Source of the DNA: Candidatus Heimdallarchaeota archaeon
Lineage (GTDB): Archaea; Asgardarchaeota; Heimdallarchaeia; Heimdallarchaeales; Heimdallarchaeaceae
Direction of reading: 5' to 3'
Assembly (NCBI GenBank): GCA_016839945.1
Contig: JAEOTE010000007.1
Location: forward strand, 21,959 to 85,958
Length of the DNA stretch: 64,000 nucleotides
The notes below the pieces were generated by a model. That model made no database searches. It saw only the letters and a list, made by a program, of their open reading frames with translations, and was not told the DNA's origin. The first letter of the stretch is position 1; each line of letters opens with the position of its first letter. Position numbers and translations under genes: made by a program. Shown here piece by piece: positions 58,410-64,000 of this stretch.

Positions 58410-61295
58410 TTATTTTCTTCGTTTTGTAAATATTACTGCACTTGCTACAGCTGCGAAACCAATGATGCTTAGAATAGAAGCAATACCAAATTCAGAGATT
58501 ACTGGTAAGCTTGATGGTCCTAAAACATAATCTAGAGTTGGAGGACTTGCAAAGTTAGCACTAACAAGTATTTCGAGGTATGCTTGTAATATACCTGCTC
58601 CGCTCATACCATAATCAGGAACAGTTGTTATTTCAAAGTCGAAACTTGTTTTTAATCCAGCACCTAGAACTACACCTGAGTTATAATCTACAACAACCCA
58701 TATGTAACCTCTGATAAATCCATCAATGATTGTATTTTCCCACTCATAGTCTCCATTTAAAGCATCCCATTCGATGTCAGCTTCGGTATCTATTGTTATA
58801 TAATAATACATAACATCCATACCAGTTGTATAATGATAACTATCAACTTGAGCATCTATTAGTAATTGTGTAATTAAGAAGTTGGTATTTATAACATCTA
58901 GAGCATTGAATGCATCTACGAAGTAGTCTGTAGCTCCCAGCATCGAGTTAGCCGTTACTACTAAACCATCATAGTAATTCCAATCAGGTATGACATGGAA
59001 TCCCATTGGACTAAACATTGGGTAAGTCACCGTAGATTCATATGGTGTTGCCAAAGGATCTAATGGATCATACATGGTGTAATTAGCTTTTGCCCATAAT
59101 CCTTCATAATCCAACATTTCAACTCCTAGAGTTGGATGTCCTATTGAGCTTAAAGCTTGTGTCTTAAAGTTCTTTACGCTATCAATGAAATCTGTAGGTG
59201 CTAATGGTGGTGCATTATAATAGAATATAACATTATCAAATAAATAAGTCCATGAGCTTGGCGATGGTAAGCTTGGTGTATAAGGAGTATCGGTTTTCGC
59301 ATCGTCTAATTCCAGTGTTATATTGAACCAAACATCTGAAACTGCGTAGTAGTCCATACTTGCTGTTACATTGAGAAGTTTTCCTGTTGTTGTATTATAA
59401 CCCCAGTATACATCTTGTGTTAATTGAGCATCAGACATATTCATATGCATTTCAAAAAGACAGTATTGATTCGCAACATCATATGTTGTGTTGAATCCAG
59501 GTTGTCCTGTTGAATCATTCTTGGCTACATCAAAAGTGTCAAATTGTACCCAATCGGTGTCACTTGCATCGAAGGTTTGGAATGGAACAAATCGTTCACT
59601 GAATGGCCAATAGTCATATGCGCCCCACCAAAATTCGTACTCATGATATTCAGAGATTGCGAAATTTAGGTCAGTGAACATTGTTATATCAATAGGAATT
59701 GCAGGTAATATTGAGTTAGCTAAGAATGAGAATTGAAAGTCTGGAAGTGTCATGTTATAGAATGGTCCATTACTCCATGTCCAATCTAAAGCACTAGGAC
59801 TGTTTACTAATGATTCATAAAGGTAACCATTTGGATATCCTTCAAGATATTGTTGTTCATAAATCCAATTAGCTCCCATTTCATAAGGATCAGTAGTACT
59901 TGGGGAGTAAGGTAGAATAATTAAAGGAGTTTCTGGTAAACTGTTGTAGGAATCATAAGCTCCTTCAGCAAATCCATCAAAATATCCTTCTTCTCTGTAG
60001 CTGGACATACCCCATTGGTATTGTTCTCCTGCAGTTGTAAGATCAAATCCATCATCATAAGCAGCCAAGTAACCTTCTTGTATTCCATTATTATATCCTG
60101 ATTCCCATGCATCCCGAGGATCATAGAAATAAGGATCAGGTGGTGGAAACCAAGTTGTATATCTTGGATTTGCGGAGAGTCGATCGTTTTCTCCATTCCA
60201 ATAACCATTGTAATGATAGTATCCATCGTGATAACCATCAGCATAACCAACAGGCCAATTATTCCATGCATTGTTGTATAAGTCATTATACAGCATTTCA
60301 TTGAAATATAATTGAGCTCCTTCATATAGATATCCTGCAGCATAATAATCTTCGTAAAAACGAGGATAATATTGCCATCTTGCATAGCTATTCATATCAG
60401 TTATTGCTGGTGGAGCTGGAGCTTTTTTATCTGGTATTCTATCTGTAATGAAATCTGTTTGACCAGTGGTGAAACCATCACCTCTTGCATCAAAGAATCC
60501 AGTATAGAATCCATCTAAAGCAACTTGAGCGTCAAACCATAAGGGATTGTTGCTACTAAATTCACAACCCCAGTGTCCTATATCATACCCAATAACTTCT
60601 CCTAAATCGTAAGCAAAATCACCAAGTTGATATTCACCATAATGATAAGGTCTTGGCCATTCATTTCTGGGTGGCCAATATCCAAAAGAATTGTTATAAT
60701 CATACCAACCATTGTCAAAATTTGGCATGAATGAGGCGTTAAAGTTTGACCAGAAAACACTTGAAGTTACATTGTCTATAAAATTACTTCGTGGCCAGGT
60801 TTCCCAATAGAAATGAATATCTGTTTTTGCGAAATCATCTGGAAAGCTAAATTGAGATACATTTGCATAAAAACCAAAATCATCATATAGATTTAGAAAT
60901 CCAATTGCTTGCAAAACAGTTTCACTTATACCATCATGATATCCATGAGTTTCATTCCACTTATACAAAGGAATGTTATCCATAGCGCTGATAAGAATTT
61001 CAATTTCGCTCCCTTCTAAACTGTTTATGAGACCAAAATCAAAATCTGGAACCTCTTCAGGTAGCATCATTCTTAGAAGATCAAAGGCAGCTGAGCCCCA
61101 ATCAAATTGTGATATATTATAAAACAAATGTGCACCTGGTTCTACAGGTCCATAATCAGGTTTTATGTTGCCAGGTAATGTAGAATTATCTTTTGCCATC
61201 ATAGCGTTTGGTGTTATAAGTGGCAGTAAAATTATCAATAAGCCTATACTTAAAATTTTATTTTTCATATTTGAACCCCTAAGGAATTCTAACAT
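58410..61295 (-). CDS. Large (961 aa) cell-surface protein: signal peptide, aromatic/acidic low-complexity repeat region, C-terminal TM helix and basic tail
   Basis: The N-terminal signal peptide reads MKNKILSIGLLIILLPLITPNAMMA. The central region is extremely rich in Y/W/D/N/G with recurring motifs such as GYHDGYYHYNGYWNG, GYNNGIQEGYLAAYDDGFD and YFDGFAEGAYDSY. Many N-x-S/T sequons are present. The C-terminus is ...PVISEFGIASILSIIGFAAVASAVIFTKRRK. Confidence 0.6.
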   Translation of the reverse strand: MLEFLRGSNMKNKILSIGLLIILLPLITPNAMMAKDNSTLPGNIKPDYGPVEPGAHLFYNISQFDWGSAAFDLLRMMLPEEVPDFDFGLINSLEGSEIEILISAMDNIPLYKWNETHGYHDGISETVLQAIGFLNLYDDFGFYANVSQFSFPDDFAKTDIHFYWETWPRSNFIDNVTSSVFWSNFNASFMPNFDNGWYDYNNSFGYWPPRNEWPRPYHYGEYQLGDFAYDLGEVIGYDIGHWGCEFSSNNPLWFDAQVALDGFYTGFFDARGDGFTTGQTDFITDRIPDKKAPAPPAITDMNSYARWQYYPRFYEDYYAAGYLYEGAQLYFNEMLYNDLYNNAWNNWPVGYADGYHDGYYHYNGYWNGENDRLSANPRYTTWFPPPDPYFYDPRDAWESGYNNGIQEGYLAAYDDGFDLTTAGEQYQWGMSSYREEGYFDGFAEGAYDSYNSLPETPLIILPYSPSTTDPYEMGANWIYEQQYLEGYPNGYLYESLVNSPSALDWTWSNGPFYNMTLPDFQFSFLANSILPAIPIDITMFTDLNFAISEYHEYEFWWGAYDYWPFSERFVPFQTFDASDTDWVQFDTFDVAKNDSTGQPGFNTTYDVANQYCLFEMHMNMSDAQLTQDVYWGYNTTTGKLLNVTASMDYYAVSDVWFNITLELDDAKTDTPYTPSLPSPSSWTYLFDNVIFYYNAPPLAPTDFIDSVKNFKTQALSSIGHPTLGVEMLDYEGLWAKANYTMYDPLDPLATPYESTVTYPMFSPMGFHVIPDWNYYDGLVVTANSMLGATDYFVDAFNALDVINTNFLITQLLIDAQVDSYHYTTGMDVMYYYITIDTEADIEWDALNGDYEWENTIIDGFIRGYIWVVVDYNSGVVLGAGLKTSFDFEITTVPDYGMSGAGILQAYLEILVSANFASPPTLDYVLGPSSLPVISEFGIASILSIIGFAAVASAVIFTKRRK

Positions 61296-61421
61296 ACATA
61301 TTAAGAATCTTATTTAAAAACCTAATGTTTGATTTTTTTCGAAGTTAAAAATAATGTATAGCGAAAAATATCTGTCTTACATAGAATGAGTTGAAATTAA
61401 AAGATTAAAAAAGAGAGATAA

Positions 61422-61619
61422 TTAATCTAATTCTGTTGGTTGCTCAAATTGGCTTCCGAAAAACTCAAAGTTGTGATAACTGCCACACTCTGGACAGTAG
61501 AATGTCAATATGAAGGTTTCTTTTCTGTTTTCGCCTTTAAACTCATGTTCTGTATTTTTTTCACAGAATTTGCAATAAATTGCTAATTTTGGTCCTTGTG
61601 CTTCTGACATTTGCTTCAC
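61422..61619 (-). CDS. Small zinc-ribbon protein
   Basis: 65 aa with CKFCEKN...CPECGSYH (CxxC-x21-CxxC). Confidence 0.45.
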   Translation of the reverse strand: MKQMSEAQGPKLAIYCKFCEKNTEHEFKGENRKETFILTFYCPECGSYHNFEFFGSQFEQPTELD

Positions 61620-61669
61620 TTAATCATTTTACATATTCATTTTTAAGTTATTTGCAATAATATGAAAAA

Positions 61670-62827
61670 CTAAAGAATTTTATTTAATCGTTCAATTACT
61701 TCTTGAATCTGTTCTACACCGGCTGAACCGAAGCTTGCTCTTATATAGGGAGTTTGACTTGGACCAAATTCCAAACCTGGAACTAAAACAACTCGAGCAT
61801 CTTTGAAGGCTTTTTCAGAAAATTCTTCACAATTAGAGTATTTAGTTTGAGAGATATCTGGATAACAATAAAATGATCCTACAGGTTCTTGGCACGATAT
61901 TCCTTCAATAGAATTAAATCCTTTAACAATAACATCTCTCCTTTTTTGAAATTCATCTCTGATATACTTAATAAATTCCTCAGATTCTTTTGTTTGCATG
62001 TAGTTCGCTAAAGCAACCTGTGTAGGTGTTGTAGAGTTAGCAACTACATAAGTATGATATTTAAGAATAGGCTTTAAGAGCTCAGGAGTCGAAACACCAA
62101 ATCCCATTCTCCAACCAGGGATTGCATATGTTTTAGAGAAAGAATTAGCTGTTATAGTTCTTTCATAAGCATTGTCAATACTTCCAATATGAACATGTTC
62201 GTTTCCATTGAAAATAATATGTTCATAAACTTCATCACTAAGAATAAGTAAATTGTAATCCTCTGCTAAATCCACTAAGGCTTTTAGCTCTTGTCTGGTC
62301 ATTATTGCCCCTGTAGGATTAGAGGGGAAGTTAAGAATCATGATTCTGGTTTTATCTGTGATTTTTTCTTTAGTTTTTTCGATATCAATTTTAAAATCAG
62401 GAGTTGATGGCATCCAAACCATTTTTCCTCCAGCTAAAACTACTTGACGAGGATAAGTTAGAAAACAAGGATCTTGATGTAAAACTTCTTCACCTGGTTT
62501 GAGATATGTTTGTAGAGCAACATAGATTAGTTCTACACCTCCTGTTGTTACAATTACCCCTTCTGAAGAATCATATTCAACACCATAATATTCTTTATAC
62601 TTTTCTGCAATTGCTTTCCTTAGTTCTAGATTTCCTATAGATTGGTCATAATTATTGTAATCATCATCAACTGCTTGTTTTAATGCTTCCTTCAATCCAG
62701 TGGGTGTAGTAATATCAGGTGCCCCTATACCTAGTGAGATAACATGTTCTATACCTTGAGCTTTAGCAAAAAGTTCTCTAATTCCACTTGGTTCAATTGT
62801 ATCAAGTTTTTCTGTAGGAAATTTCAT
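61670..62827 (-). CDS. Class I/II pyridoxal-phosphate-dependent aminotransferase (aspartate aminotransferase-like)
   Basis: The PLP-lysine motif is SFSKTYAIPGWRMGF, with NPTG (FPSNPTGA) and a ~385-aa length. Confidence 0.8.
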   Translation of the reverse strand: MKFPTEKLDTIEPSGIRELFAKAQGIEHVISLGIGAPDITTPTGLKEALKQAVDDDYNNYDQSIGNLELRKAIAEKYKEYYGVEYDSSEGVIVTTGGVELIYVALQTYLKPGEEVLHQDPCFLTYPRQVVLAGGKMVWMPSTPDFKIDIEKTKEKITDKTRIMILNFPSNPTGAIMTRQELKALVDLAEDYNLLILSDEVYEHIIFNGNEHVHIGSIDNAYERTITANSFSKTYAIPGWRMGFGVSTPELLKPILKYHTYVVANSTTPTQVALANYMQTKESEEFIKYIRDEFQKRRDVIVKGFNSIEGISCQEPVGSFYCYPDISQTKYSNCEEFSEKAFKDARVVLVPGLEFGPSQTPYIRASFGSAGVEQIQEVIERLNKIL

Positions 62828-62863
62828 CTTGGATAGAAGTAGAAAAAAAAGTAAAATTAAACC

Positions 62864-62981
62864 TTTGCATATAGTATTTATATTTCTATTATATTATTTC
62901 AAGAACTTTATCAACAGGAGAATTTGCATATAGTATTTATATTTCTATTATATTATTTCAAGAACTTTATCAACAGGAGAA
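62864..62981. repeat. Perfect tandem duplication of a 59-bp unit (62864-62922 and 62923-62981); copy 2 contains the last 10 codons plus stop of the DUF354 gene
   Basis: A direct read of the sequence shows tttgcatatagtatttatatttctattatattatttcaagaactttatcaacaggagaa twice with no mismatch. Confidence 0.9.
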
Positions 62982-64000
62982 TCTAGTTTTTCTAGAATGG
63001 TTCTGGTTTGATATCTCATTAAATCTTTATTACCTACATTCTCTAATAATTCCAGTGATTTTTTAATAGCACTTTCTGTTGTGTATTCGTTAAATAAAGG
63101 TATACCAATAGATGAAATATACTCTAGAACATCTAATGGTTTGGGATAGTAAGAAATTGAAGGTGTTCCCATCGAAGCAGCTTCTCTAGCCATTGTTGCC
63201 CCACCAGTGATGCACATATCAGAGTAATAATACAAAGACAGAGTATCAACAGCTTTAGGTGGAATGATGATTCTATCTTGAAATGTTTCCTTTAGGATTA
63301 ACTTTTGTTTTTCATATCTTGGAAAAACAACTGCTTTTCCATTATATGTTTCGAAAATCTCTTTTAGGATTGTATCCAGATGTGTTTGATCTGCCATCCC
63401 TTTTTCAAGCATATAAGCTGCACTACTTTCTTCAGGTCTACAAACAATAAAATTATCTTCCTGTGTTAATCCTAATTCGTTCAGAATCCCATCATTAGGG
63501 GAGAAATCTCTAATCCATGCTACTTCATCTAATCCATCATATGGTTTTAGTTGTTCCTCTGTTGCACCAAGTGCAAACCATCCTTCATTTCGTATGCAAG
63601 AACTGTAAATCAGATATTTTGAGAGAGGAATTGTTAGTTTTCCTACAGCTTTTGCATGAGGAGAGTCGTTGATTAATATTGTTGGAATAGCTAGTCCAAA
63701 AGCAACTCTTGTTGATTCCGGACAGGAATAAGATATATGATAATCAGGTTTATTTTCTAAATCATTGATATAATTTGCTAACAATCCTATTCTCTCATTT
63801 CCAGCCTTTAGCTTTCCATAGAGAGTCCCCCCACCATGTTTTCCTAGAACTGTAACTTCTCTTCCAAGCAATTCAAAAAGAGTAACTACATAATCATAAT
63901 CTCTGCAAGTAAAAATAACTTCATGTCCTTCTTTCTCTAATTCTATAGCTATTGTATTAAATAGTAAAGGTTCTTTAGATGTTACAGCATCAAACCAGAT
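62948..64000 (-). CDS. DUF354-family protein (GT-B glycosyltransferase-like fold), N-terminus beyond window end
   Basis: The ORF track begins at TTG 63871, but the minus-strand frame stays open to nt 64000 (...IWFDAVTSKEPLLFNTIAIELEKEGHEVIFTCRDYDY...), so the gene is truncated by the window. The family is recalled from the ~350-aa architecture. Confidence 0.45.
   Translation of the reverse strand: MWFDAVTSKEPLLFNTIAIELEKEGHEVIFTCRDYDYVVTLFELLGREVTVLGKHGGGTLYGKLKAGNERIGLLANYINDLENKPDYHISYSCPESTRVAFGLAIPTILINDSPHAKAVGKLTIPLSKYLIYSSCIRNEGWFALGATEEQLKPYDGLDEVAWIRDFSPNDGILNELGLTQEDNFIVCRPEESSAAYMLEKGMADQTHLDTILKEIFETYNGKAVVFPRYEKQKLILKETFQDRIIIPPKAVDTLSLYYYSDMCITGGATMAREAASMGTPSISYYPKPLDVLEYISSIGIPLFNEYTTESAIKKSLELLENVGNKDLMRYQTRTILEKLDSPVDKVLEII

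Noticed and set aside
1-64000. Searched for CRISPR arrays, tRNA/rRNA genes, transposases and integrases
   Set aside because: No spaced direct repeats of CRISPR type were seen. No GC-rich islands were seen in intergenic regions that would indicate tRNA/rRNA. No transposase or integrase motifs were found. The only mobile element recognised is the mcm intein.

Overview
This AT-rich (~32% GC) window appears to be archaeal chromosome with almost gap-free coding on both strands. Non-ATG start codons (GTG/TTG) are frequent, and AT-rich TATA-like promoter elements sit about 25 nt upstream of several start codons. No rRNA, tRNA or CRISPR was seen. The gene content suggests an Asgard (Lokiarchaeia-like) archaeon. 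The signals behind that inference are an ESCRT-II Vps22/EAP30-like protein, a Psf2-like GINS subunit, Rio2, a DRG GTPase, an LSm protein and eS17. Identifiable content, left to right: (1) A replication/repair cluster: an intein-containing MCM, Hel308, a GINS-like subunit, CTP synthase, and NurA-HerA without Mre11/Rad50. (2) LSm, and a Rio2 kinase apparently co-transcribed with a large double RNase-H-fold/coiled-coil protein. (3) A methyltransferase, an ArsR regulator, DRG GTPase, amidohydrolase, DUF362, an MFS transporter, and an ABC-2 exporter (ATPase plus two permeases). (4) 3-hexulose-6-phosphate synthase, a beta-CASP RNase, the stand-alone Vps22-like gene, a nucleoside phosphorylase, class I HMG-CoA reductase, eS17, a KaiC-like ATPase and a 602-aa PIN-domain protein. 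(5) A sugar epimerase, two tandem myo-inositol-1-phosphate synthase paralogs, and GGPP synthase. The GGPP synthase sits at the end of a tight 7-gene minus-strand operon that also holds four complex-I/Mrp-antiporter-like membrane proteins and two paralogous secreted glycoproteins with C-terminal TM plus basic-tail anchors. (6) A heterodimeric ABC exporter, IorAB, DUF211, and a 1063-aa soluble protein of unknown function. (7) YggS, an SDR, TldD/PmbA, and a 961-aa aromatic-repeat surface protein with a C-terminal anchor. (8) A zinc-ribbon protein, an aminotransferase, and a partial DUF354 gene. Non-coding observations: a perfect 59-bp tandem duplication overlapping the DUF354 3' end, and an 11-bp-stem hairpin between two convergent genes. 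The most unusual loci are the stand-alone Vps22-like gene, the large uncharacterised 1063-aa protein, and the secreted-protein/antiporter-like/GGPPS operon.
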